Below are positions 29,452-37,880 of a DNA stretch of 64,000 nt, piece by piece. The notes under the pieces were generated by a model. It was not told the origin of the DNA and made no database searches. It saw only the letters and a program-made list of their open reading frames with translations. The DNA is from Anaerolineae bacterium (GTDB taxonomy: Bacteria; Chloroflexota; Anaerolineae; Aggregatilineales; UBA3940): NCBI GenBank assembly GCA_034435375.1, contig DAOTXR010000052.1:228093-292092 (forward strand), given 5' to 3'. The position numbers and the translations under genes are program-made. Each line of letters begins with the position of its first letter. Within the stretch, counting starts at the first letter, position 1.

Positions 29452-29860
29452 GATCGGAGGTAACCTTTACTTTCAAGTACTTCGCAACATGGGATCGGTT
29501 GAGAATGCGCTGTACCCAGGGCGGGAAGGCGGGCAGCGCCGTGGCCGGGTCTACGATCTGGGGGGCGGCCACAGTGTAGGTTTTGCCGCTCCACTGGAGG
29601 GAGAAGCGGCCTGCCGCTATGGCATTGCGGCACCAGTCGACATGGTCCCCATAGGGCAATGGGATGACGAAGCCCTCGTTGAATGGCATCGCGAGCACGG
29701 GTGTGGCGTAGGCCCGCCCAGACTTCTGCCCAATGTGGTGCACGACGGCGTAGATGCGCCGCCCGGCAAAGGTCATCATGATAGGGTTGGTGACACGTCT
29801 GTTAAAGCGACGAAGCCGCTCCATGAACCTTTCCCGGCGGGTCGGATGTGTGGCATCCAT
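29417..29860 (-). CDS. Deazaflavin (F420)-dependent nitroreductase family protein (DDN/DUF385)
   Basis: 147 aa: FNRRVTNPIMMTFAGR...GQKSGRAYATPVLAMPFNEGFVIPLPYGDHVDWCRN. Its 3' end overlaps the annotated start of the next gene by 35 nt. Confidence 0.7.
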   Translation of the reverse strand: MDATHPTRRERFMERLRRFNRRVTNPIMMTFAGRRIYAVVHHIGQKSGRAYATPVLAMPFNEGFVIPLPYGDHVDWCRNAIAAGRFSLQWSGKTYTVAAPQIVDPATALPAFPPWVQRILNRSHVAKYLKVKVTSDRAPDLESSPPV

Positions 29861-30119
29861 GATCGGTCAACTCTTTGTTGCGCAGAGTATGCACTGATGA
29901 TCGGTGACTATGTGTCATTATAGCACCGGACCAGCATAATCGACGCAGGCGATATATCATGAGAACATGGATCATGACCGCACATTGCACTCATTTCCCG
30001 CTTTACAGGTAGAATCCCATCGGGGGTACGCCAGTAGGTCAAGAATAGGAGGCCGTAGGGCGAGCTTATGGGTCACCTCTATGGGAGAATCGTGATCTCC
30101 GGGCGAGACAGGAGTATCT

Positions 30120-31364
30120 GTGGCTAAAAATGTCGATATCTTCGAGTTGACACTCACCAGCATGGCGCACGGCGGCGCGGCGCTGGGCAGGCACGCCGGG
30201 CGTGTGGTCTTTGTGCCGTATGCGCTTCCCGGTGAGCGTGTGCAGGTGCACATCACTGAAGATCGAGGGAGGTTTGCCCACGCGACGGCAGTCGAGATTG
30301 TCGAAGTTTCACCTGATCGGGTCGAGCCGCCCTGCCCCTATTTCGGGCCGGGGCAGTGCGGCGGCTGCCACTGGCAACATATCGCTTACCGACGTCAGCT
30401 TGAGTTCAAGCGTGAGGTAATGTATGGTCAGCTTGAACGGATCGGCAAGCTAGCCAACCCCAATGTTTTACCAACCATCCCTGCCGCCGAGCCGTGGGGC
30501 TATCGTCACCATGCCACCCTCACCATGACACCCGATGGCCAGCCCGGCTTTTACAGCGATGACAACCAGCGTATCATCCCGATCGAGATCTGCCACATCC
30601 TGCATCCAGCGCTGATCGACCTGCTGGGTATGCTGGACCTGGATGCGCCGGAGATCGAGCGCGTCAGGCTCCAAGTGGGCAGTGAGCCGGGAGATCGTAT
30701 GATCGTCTTCCAAGCAGAGGGGGATCGTGCGCCGGAGATCGAGGTGGATTTCCCGGTGTCTGTGAACCTGCTGCTGCAGGACAACGAACCGGTGAACCTG
30801 ATTGGAAGCCCTCAGGTGACGTATCGCGTCTTTGAGCGCAGCTTCCGCGTGACAGCGGGGAGTTTCTTCCAGGTCAGCCCGACGATGGCCGAGGTGCTGG
30901 TCAACGAGGTGCTGGCGCGGCTAGCCCTACAGGGGAGCGAGACGGTGCTCGACTTGTATAGTGGCGTAGGGCTGTTCACAGCCTTCATCGCCGAGCGGGC
31001 AGAGATGGTGGTGAGTGTCGAAAGCTACCCTCCTGCTGTCACTGACGCCGATGTGAACATGGCTGACCTAGAGAACATCGAGTTAGTCGAAGGGGCCGTA
31101 GAAGCAGTGTTGGGTGATCTAGAGGGGCCATTTGATGCAGTGGTGCTCGACCCGCCGCGCACAGGAGCCGGCCCCAAGGTGATCGAGGAGCTGGCGCGGC
31201 TGGCTCCGCCGCGGGTGGTGTATGTGAGTTGCGATCCGGCCACGCTGGCTCGCGATGCCCAGCAGCTCGCCCGGCGTGGCTATCGTCTGATCGATGTGCA
31301 GCCTATCGACCTGTTTCCCCAGACATATCATATCGAGGCAGTTGCCGCATTTGAGCGACAGTGA
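30120..31364 (+). CDS. 23S rRNA (uracil-5)-methyltransferase, RlmD/RumA family (TRAM + 4Fe-4S + SAM MTase)
   Basis: GTG start behind AGGAG. TRAM-like N-terminus GGAALGRHAGRVVFVPYALPGERV. Cluster cysteines CPYFGPGQCGGCHWQH. VLDLYSGVGLF, DPPRTG, VYVSCDPATLARD. Confidence 0.85.
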   Translation: MAKNVDIFELTLTSMAHGGAALGRHAGRVVFVPYALPGERVQVHITEDRGRFAHATAVEIVEVSPDRVEPPCPYFGPGQCGGCHWQHIAYRRQLEFKREVMYGQLERIGKLANPNVLPTIPAAEPWGYRHHATLTMTPDGQPGFYSDDNQRIIPIEICHILHPALIDLLGMLDLDAPEIERVRLQVGSEPGDRMIVFQAEGDRAPEIEVDFPVSVNLLLQDNEPVNLIGSPQVTYRVFERSFRVTAGSFFQVSPTMAEVLVNEVLARLALQGSETVLDLYSGVGLFTAFIAERAEMVVSVESYPPAVTDADVNMADLENIELVEGAVEAVLGDLEGPFDAVVLDPPRTGAGPKVIEELARLAPPRVVYVSCDPATLARDAQQLARRGYRLIDVQPIDLFPQTYHIEAVAAFERQ

Positions 31365-31432
31365 TAGGCTAGGTTGGAATTGCGCAGGCGAGTCAGGCGA
31401 GTTGAGTCTCAATCTACAAGGAGTGAATCGCA

Positions 31433-32113
31433 ATGAAATATCGGATCACAGGCACCACCATGCAAGCGTTGGATATCCTGCTCAACCGTGGCGAGGCTGT
31501 CTTTACCGAAGTTGGCGGGATGGCTTGGTATCGAGGCAACATTGAGATGAAGACCAATATGCCAGGCGGTCTGCTAGGCGGTCTGGGTCGGATGGTATCA
31601 GGCGAGTCGCTGTTTCTGACCACCTATACATCGCTGGCCGACCAGTCAGTGGTGACTTTCGCGCCGGAGGCTCCTGGCTCCATCGTGGCATTGGACCTGG
31701 CAGCAGGCCAGTCGGTTATCGCGCAGCGTGACGCCTTCATGTGTGCTCAGCAGGGCGTTGAGGTGGTCATCCATTTCAAGCGACGGCTGGGGGTGGGCTT
31801 GTTTGGCGGTGAGGGTTTCATCTTGCAGCGCATTACAGGTCCAGGCGCGGCGTTCTTCGAGATCGACGGTGAGACGGTCGAGGTGAACCTGGCTGCTGGC
31901 GAGAAGATATTCGTTGACCCTGGCCACATCGCCATGTTTGATGCGACTGTGACCCATGACATCCAGATGGTCAAGGGTGTGAGCAACGTCCTGTTCGGCG
32001 GCGAGGGCCTGTTCCTGGCGACGCTGACGGGGCCGGGTCGTGCTTGGCTCCAGACAATGCCACTTAACAACCTGATCAACAAGATCATCGCCAAGATGCC
32101 CAAGAGCAGCTAG
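31433..32113 (+). CDS. AIM24/TIGR00266 (DUF124) family protein
   Basis: MKYRITGTTMQALDILLNRGEAVFTEVGGMAWYRGNIEMKT...GESLFLTTYT...GEGFILQRITGPG...GEGLFLATLTGPG. Confidence 0.8.
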   Translation: MKYRITGTTMQALDILLNRGEAVFTEVGGMAWYRGNIEMKTNMPGGLLGGLGRMVSGESLFLTTYTSLADQSVVTFAPEAPGSIVALDLAAGQSVIAQRDAFMCAQQGVEVVIHFKRRLGVGLFGGEGFILQRITGPGAAFFEIDGETVEVNLAAGEKIFVDPGHIAMFDATVTHDIQMVKGVSNVLFGGEGLFLATLTGPGRAWLQTMPLNNLINKIIAKMPKSS

Positions 32114-32213
32114 ACGGTTGGCTGATACATCGAAAGAGCGCTTTGAAGTTCCTCCGAGGGAATGCTTCAGGTAGGCGGAAGGTCTAGAATTGGTAGATTA
32201 GGAATCTGAGTGA

Positions 32214-32246
32214 AACCGGAAAGGTCTATCAACCCCCTTTCCGGTT
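32214..32246 (+). terminator. Stem-loop after the AIM24-family gene (11-bp stem)
   Basis: aaccggaaagg (32214-32224) pairs with cctttccggtt (32236-32246). A TTTACG-18-TATAAT promoter-like pair follows at 32253-32282, ahead of the SPFH gene. Confidence 0.55.
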
Positions 32247-32348
32247 GATCACTTTACGTCGCTGTACATTTGGTTATATAATGCCTGTGTCAGCCTTATG
32301 AAGGCCGCTCGGCCCTGCTATGTACGATAGGAAAGGATACGACAGGAT

Positions 32349-33146
32349 ATGGGAGAAGCTATCACTGCGTTAATCTGCCTATTCATTGGCGTGGCGGTGG
32401 TAGTCGTTGCGTTGCTGGCTTCCGCTGTGCGCGTGGTGCAGGAATATGAGCGCGGCGTCATCTTTCGCTTAGGACGACTGATCGGCGCTAAGGGGCCGGG
32501 CTTGTTCTTCATCATTCCCATTATTGACCGCATGGTGAAGATCGACCTGCGCACCGTTACGCTGGATGTCCCCACCCAAGAAGCCATCACCAACGACAAC
32601 GTCACAGTCCGGGTGAATGCCGTGGCGTACTTCCGGGTGATTGACCCTGAGCGAGCCGTGGTGCAGGTTGAGGACTTTCGCCGGGCGACATGGCAGATCG
32701 CCCAGACCAGCCTGCGGAGCGTGATCGGTGAGGCGCAGCTCGACGAGCTGCTGGCACACCGTGACCGAATCAACGATAAGTTGGCCCGCATTATTGACGA
32801 AGCGACCGAGCCGTGGGGCGTCAAGGTGAGCCTGGTCGAGGTGAAGGATGTAGAGTTGCCTGAGACGATGCAACGTGCGATGGCTCGCCAGGCCGAAGCC
32901 GAACGTGAGAAGCGTGCCAAGATCATCCACGCCGAGGGTGAGTATCAGGCAGCCCAGCAATTGCTTGAAGCCGCCCAGACTATGGCCCAAGAACCAGCAT
33001 CAATGCAATTGCGCTACCTGCAGACGCTGACTGAGATTGCGGCGGAGAAGAACAGCACGCTGATCTTCCCCGTGCCTATTGACGTGATTTCCACTTTCAC
33101 CGACATGATGCGTGCTGTCACCAAGTCGTCTCGTGGGGAGAAGTAG
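32349..33146 (+). CDS. SPFH/band-7 (stomatin-like) protein
   Basis: N-terminal TM, then [16 protein letters not shown]...[15 protein letters not shown]...[23 protein letters not shown]. Confidence 0.9.
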   Translation: MGEAITALICLFIGVAVVVVALLASAVRVVQEYERGVIFRLGRLIGAKGPGLFFIIPIIDRMVKIDLRTVTLDVPTQEAITNDNVTVRVNAVAYFRVIDPERAVVQVEDFRRATWQIAQTSLRSVIGEAQLDELLAHRDRINDKLARIIDEATEPWGVKVSLVEVKDVELPETMQRAMARQAEAEREKRAKIIHAEGEYQAAQQLLEAAQTMAQEPASMQLRYLQTLTEIAAEKNSTLIFPVPIDVISTFTDMMRAVTKSSRGEK

Positions 33147-33194
33147 CCCAGGGTGCAACGCACAGAGCTGTTGTGTATTGCGACAGCGAAAGCC

Positions 33195-33240
33195 ATCCAA
33201 CCACAGAGGGACGCCCGAAGGCGTCCCTCTGTGGTTGGAT
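33195..33240. terminator. Bidirectional stem-loop (21-bp perfect stem, loop cgaa)
   Basis: atccaaccacagagggacgcc (33195-33215), cgaa, ggcgtccctctgtggttggat (33220-33240). It lies between the convergent SPFH and GMC oxidoreductase genes. Confidence 0.75.
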
Positions 33241-33276
33241 CTACCACGCAAGTATCCAGGATAGCAACCCTATCCC

Positions 33277-35004
33277 TCAGCCAGTTGCATGTTCTGGCGC
33301 TTCGACCATCAGCGGCTTTCTGACCGGTGCGCCATCTTTGGGGGGAATCTGGCTCATCGCGTATTCGGCCAGCGCAGTGATCGTTAGGCTGGGATTGATG
33401 CCCGGATTGGCAGGCATGATCGAGCCGTCCACGACGAACAGACCGGGATAGTTGTGCACTTCACAATTCAAGCCGATTACTCCCTCGTCGGCATTCCGCC
33501 CGAACGGCACCCCGCCCAGAATATGAGCTGTGGTTGGGATGTTGAGCAGCCCTTCGTTGATCGCGCCTTGTGGCACGCCATTCGTGCGGGCAGCAAAGCG
33601 GCGAGTGACTTGGTGTCCAATAGGTATCTCAGCCCGGATGGGGCGCTCGTCGTCACGGCGGGAGATCAGCCCCTGCCGAAAAAGCGTAAACAGGCCACGT
33701 CCCCAGCGCAGGCGCATCAGGTTGTCTTCAGTCTGCATAACCAGCAGGATCGTCGTTCGAAGCGCCCAGCGAGAAAAGACCCTGGCGTGCAGAAAATCGA
33801 GCGGATGGCGGACGATCTCCCACACAGTCTTGAGGGCGCGCATCACGAAGCCACTGTTCCCCGCCTCGATCAGCGGGGCAGCCAGGTTGCGCATAAATGA
33901 GGAGCGGTCTGGATAGCGCACTGGCTCAATTGCTGTGACCTCGTCGGCCCGGAACACTGAGGTGATAGCAATACCCTTAGAATAGTCGATTTGACGGGTG
34001 CGGGAGACAGCGCCAAGCAGGGCTTCGCTGTTGGTGCGGACCTCATCCCCCAGACGCGACGAAAGGTTTGGGAGCGAGCGGGTCACGTCGCGGCAGCGAA
34101 AGAGCAGCTTGAGCGTACCCAACACGCTGGCGGAGACGATAACGTTTCGTGTGCGCACGACGCGGATCGGTTTGATCGGCCAAGCTGTCGAAGAACGATA
34201 GGCAACCTCATAACGTGCGCCATCGAGCTGGCCCTCCGGCAGAGGGCGGATATCCACAGCTTCTGACTCGGCCAGGATCTTCGCCCCCCACTGCTCGGCA
34301 AAGTACAAGTAATTCTTAACCAGCGTGTTCTTGGCGTTGTAGCGGCATCCTACCATGCACCCACCACAGTGAGTGCACCCTGCCCGCTCTGGCCCTTCTC
34401 CGCCAAAGTAGGGGTCGGGGACAGTTTGGCCTTCTCTGGCTGGGTCGGTGAAAAAGACGGCCACGTGGGTCGGTTGGAAAGTGGATCCCATGCCCATCTC
34501 TTCAGCGATGGCTTGGAGCGCGTGATCGGCCTCCCACAGGCAAGGGTTAGGCGTAACACCAAGCATACGCTTAGCAGTCTCATAATGGGGTCGCAGGACT
34601 GTTTTCCAATCGGCCAGGTGACTCCAGGCTGGGGCTTCGAACATGCGATCATCAGGTTCCATCATAACGTTGGCATACACCAGGCTGCCACCGCCTACAC
34701 CGCTGCCGTGCAACACCAGCACACCGTTGAGCAAGGTGAGGTTCTGGATTCCGAAGCAACGCAGGGCTGGAAGCCATAGGTACTTGAAGACATTCCAGTT
34801 GGTTTTGGCGAAATCTTGATCACGGAAGCGTTTGCCCCGCTCCAACACCAGCACGCCGTAGCCCTTCTCTGCCAGACGCATTGCTGAGACGCTGCCCCCA
34901 AATCCAGAGCCGATCACGACGAAATCGAAGATGCCATCACTGCGCCGAGTGGCTGCTTGCCTACTTGCTGTCATGGGCTCTCTCCCTTGAGTACGTGTGG
35001 ACAT
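33277..35004 (-). CDS. GMC-family FAD oxidoreductase (cholesterol-oxidase-like)
   Basis: FDFVVIGSGFGGSVSAMRLAEKGYGVLVLERG is a Rossmann FAD motif. GSGVGGGSLVYANV. C-terminal VVDGSIMPANPGINPSLTI. Confidence 0.85.
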   Translation of the reverse strand: MSTRTQGREPMTASRQAATRRSDGIFDFVVIGSGFGGSVSAMRLAEKGYGVLVLERGKRFRDQDFAKTNWNVFKYLWLPALRCFGIQNLTLLNGVLVLHGSGVGGGSLVYANVMMEPDDRMFEAPAWSHLADWKTVLRPHYETAKRMLGVTPNPCLWEADHALQAIAEEMGMGSTFQPTHVAVFFTDPAREGQTVPDPYFGGEGPERAGCTHCGGCMVGCRYNAKNTLVKNYLYFAEQWGAKILAESEAVDIRPLPEGQLDGARYEVAYRSSTAWPIKPIRVVRTRNVIVSASVLGTLKLLFRCRDVTRSLPNLSSRLGDEVRTNSEALLGAVSRTRQIDYSKGIAITSVFRADEVTAIEPVRYPDRSSFMRNLAAPLIEAGNSGFVMRALKTVWEIVRHPLDFLHARVFSRWALRTTILLVMQTEDNLMRLRWGRGLFTLFRQGLISRRDDERPIRAEIPIGHQVTRRFAARTNGVPQGAINEGLLNIPTTAHILGGVPFGRNADEGVIGLNCEVHNYPGLFVVDGSIMPANPGINPSLTITALAEYAMSQIPPKDGAPVRKPLMVEAPEHATG

Positions 35005-35285
35005 CTGATGAATCTAGTCTAATGACGGCTGCAGTGATTGTCCAGCCAGCGGGTAGAGCGACGCAGTGAGCCTCGGTCGCTACGAGGATCGCTGCAGCGC
35101 ATGAGGAATATCTTCAATAGACTGAAGTTTGCACTCTAGAAACTAGAAAGGAACAATAGGGTCTGACCGAGGCTGGGCCATAAAAGTAACGTCACAGGCA
35201 GCAATGGCCTGGAGAAGTTGCCTGCACATAGGCCGATCAGCATTAGACCAGCCTTTGGCGGCCCGGCCTGTGGCCTAAAGGTTTC

Positions 35286-36200
35286 TCAGGACTTCTCGCC
35301 GGATTTGCCAGCAGACCCATCCTGCCCGACTGCTGGAGGTTTGCTGCCGGTTGGACTGGCTGGCTCGGCTTTCTCCTGAGCAGACACCAGTGCCCGCAGG
35401 GCGTCGGCGCTGACACGCATCACCCTAAAGCACATAAAGGGAAGCAATTCCTGTCCCATTTGCATTTTGCCGCGCTGCTGATCTGGGTAGTCGTAGAACT
35501 TGACCACATGCTTCCCAAATCGTTCCAGCAACTCCTTCTCAACGCTTGCCACGGCCTGTTTCGAGGTTCCCACCAGAAAATGGTCATCGCGTGGATGGCC
35601 GATAAACGAGCGTTTGGGATCAAGCTCGTGAAGGATGTCGCTGACGATCTTTGCTGCACTACGAATCACTTGATTGGAGGCGACCGGGCCATAGCGCTTG
35701 CCGAAGGCCTCGATGTGCTCGATCTGCACGTCGAGGAAAACGCTGTCTGGGTCTTCAAGCAACTTGGGAAGCCGCTCACGGATCAGCGCCATGTTGGGCA
35801 GGCTGGTACGTGCATCCACCAATGGCATACCGCCCAGCCGGTCGATGATGTTGTGGACACGCAACCGCAGTTCCTCCACATCAAACGGCTTGGTGATGTA
35901 GTCATCGGCCCCCAGTTCCAGACCCTCTAGCTTGTCACGTCGGTCATCTTTCTGAGTTAGGAAAATAATAGGAATCTTGTTAGTGCGCTCGTCGCGACGC
36001 AATCGTCGGCATACCTCGTAGCCGTCCATATCTGGCAGCATAATGTCCAGGATGATCACCCGGGGCCGGTGCTCAATGGCCATCTTGACTGCGTCTGTGC
36101 CGTTCAGGGCATTGATCACCTGGTAGCCAACAATTTCAAAGTAGCGCCGCAGCAAATCAGATGTGATGACCTCGTCCTCTACGACTAGCAGCTTGTCCAT
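35286..36200 (-). CDS. Response regulator: receiver + degenerate GGDEF-like domain
   Basis: MDKLLVVEDE...ILDIMLPDMDG...ITKPF is a receiver domain. The C-terminal domain has a diguanylate-cyclase-like layout, but the GGDEF position reads GHPRDDHFLV. Start at ATG 36200. Confidence 0.75.
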   Translation of the reverse strand: MDKLLVVEDEVITSDLLRRYFEIVGYQVINALNGTDAVKMAIEHRPRVIILDIMLPDMDGYEVCRRLRRDERTNKIPIIFLTQKDDRRDKLEGLELGADDYITKPFDVEELRLRVHNIIDRLGGMPLVDARTSLPNMALIRERLPKLLEDPDSVFLDVQIEHIEAFGKRYGPVASNQVIRSAAKIVSDILHELDPKRSFIGHPRDDHFLVGTSKQAVASVEKELLERFGKHVVKFYDYPDQQRGKMQMGQELLPFMCFRVMRVSADALRALVSAQEKAEPASPTGSKPPAVGQDGSAGKSGEKS

Positions 36201-36283
36201 ACTGTTGCCCCATGAGTGCTCGATCCCGCCTGAACCGCCTTCCTCCACGTTTACACGGTCTGGCCCCCCTGACCAGGATGCTT

Positions 36284-37537
36284 CTAGAGCTGCCTGGCCA
36301 GGTGGAGGATCGTACGTGAGAACAGCGAGTTGGGCCGAGACATAACCAGCGGCGTTCCTTCAGTCAGAGCGTTGACCTGTTCAGGCTCGTAAGGAATGTT
36401 GGCGACCAGCGGACGGTTAAGAGTCTGCATAACCTGCTCGAAGCTAGCTCCGTGTGGACGGGTCTGGTTGAAGACCACATGCTGTTGACCGGACAGGTTG
36501 AGCTGCTCGATAGTCGCCAACGCATCGGCTGCGGTCAGCAAGTCTGCTGGATCGTTGCCCGCGACCAGCACGATATGTTGGGCTTGACGTAAGGCCATAA
36601 CGCTCATCGCATTGATGGTGGATGGCAGATCGACAACGATGCGACGGAAACCCTCGGCCAGCACCTCTAGAATGTATTGCAGGCTATCGTTGCTGAGCCG
36701 CTCCTGCACAGGTTGAAGCGGCGCAGCCATGACAGCCACGCCTGCCCGGTGCTCAAGCATGAGCGCACGGGCAATGCCTCTTTTGTCGCTGCCCGGCGCT
36801 ACCCCAACTAGGTCACACCAGGTAGCGCGGGGGGGGACCATCCGAAGCTGGACCGCGACCTTGCCATTCCGGGTATTGAGGTCCATGATGCACGACCGTC
36901 CGAACTGCATCAGCCCCAGACCCAGGTTGACGACCATGGTAGTGGTGCCTACGCCTCCACCCAGCCCCATGACAGCCACTACCGGCAGACCCGTCGGCTG
37001 GGCTTGGGCCGGGAAAGATACCGGTGGGGCCTGTGGTTCAGGCGGCGCTGGCGCTGAAACGGGTCTTGAAGTCACTGCTTCAAAACCAGGAGGTGGCGGC
37101 GGAGCCGCCTTTGGCTCCGGGGAGGGTGGTGTGCTGGCTGGCGCCTCGATTGGAGCAGGCTTGTTGCGCGGACCGCTTGCCAGCAGCTCTTCGACATGCC
37201 GGACGAGGTCGTCGCGGGTGACAGGTTTGGTCACAAAGTCATCTGCCCCGGAGTCTTCTGCCCTTTCACGCTGCTCAGATTGGGACAAAGCAGTCAGGAT
37301 CAGTAGGGGGATGTCTTGTGTGCTCGCATCTTCGCGCAGCGTGCGGCACACATCGTAACCGCTCATGTCGGGCATCATCACATCGACAATTGCCATTTCG
37401 GGGCGTTCGCGGCGTGCCGTCTCGATGCCCTCCTTGCCATTGCTCGCCAGGATGGGCGTATGGCCTGCACGCCGGAGCATGAGACTCATCATCTGAAGCA
37501 AACTTGCGTCGTCGTCGATGACAAGAATTCGTGCCAT
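36284..37537 (-). CDS. Response regulator: receiver + Pro-rich linker + CpaE/MinD/ParA-like domain with lysine-less Walker A
   Basis: MARILVIDDD..IVDVMMPDMSG..VTKPV is a receiver domain. A PAPIEAPASTPPSPEPKAAPPPPPG linker follows. In VVAVMGLGGGVGTTTMVVNLG, canonical CpaE/MinD proteins have KGGVGKTT. Confidence 0.8.
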   Translation of the reverse strand: MARILVIDDDASLLQMMSLMLRRAGHTPILASNGKEGIETARRERPEMAIVDVMMPDMSGYDVCRTLREDASTQDIPLLILTALSQSEQRERAEDSGADDFVTKPVTRDDLVRHVEELLASGPRNKPAPIEAPASTPPSPEPKAAPPPPPGFEAVTSRPVSAPAPPEPQAPPVSFPAQAQPTGLPVVAVMGLGGGVGTTTMVVNLGLGLMQFGRSCIMDLNTRNGKVAVQLRMVPPRATWCDLVGVAPGSDKRGIARALMLEHRAGVAVMAAPLQPVQERLSNDSLQYILEVLAEGFRRIVVDLPSTINAMSVMALRQAQHIVLVAGNDPADLLTAADALATIEQLNLSGQQHVVFNQTRPHGASFEQVMQTLNRPLVANIPYEPEQVNALTEGTPLVMSRPNSLFSRTILHLARQL

Positions 37538-37880
37538 GACTTTATACCAGCCTCACTATCCAAGCCTGACATAGAAGGGGCAGGAATCGAGAATAAGATC
37601 ACGTGTCATGTGAAAATCTGATACTCCACCAATTTTACGCGAATTGCTTAGGAGGTCAATCGCAAGAGAGTGTCTAACAGAGTGGATATGGAGGGCTAAA
37701 ATCCCTGACCCGCTAACACCGTGACCACCCTTTTGAGCACTCCCCAATCGCAAGAACAGGAGACAAGGAGGTCGATGCTGCTGCAAAGAGCGGTTCTGAT
37801 CATCAGTAGCATCTCAAGGTGAAAGGAGGAATGACATTCAACCTTGATGACCGAAGGCGCCTACCTTCCTCCAGGCAGTT

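Noticed and set aside
32318-32990. Minus-strand ORFs of 202 and 173 aa
   Set aside because: They are antisense to the SPFH gene, whose identity is clear.
37775-37822. 15-aa plus-strand mini-ORF (MLLQRAVLIISSISR) behind AAGGAGG
   Set aside because: The SD-to-ATG spacing is only 3 nt. It lies on the strand opposite both flanking genes in a terminator/promoter spacer, and there is no supporting signal.
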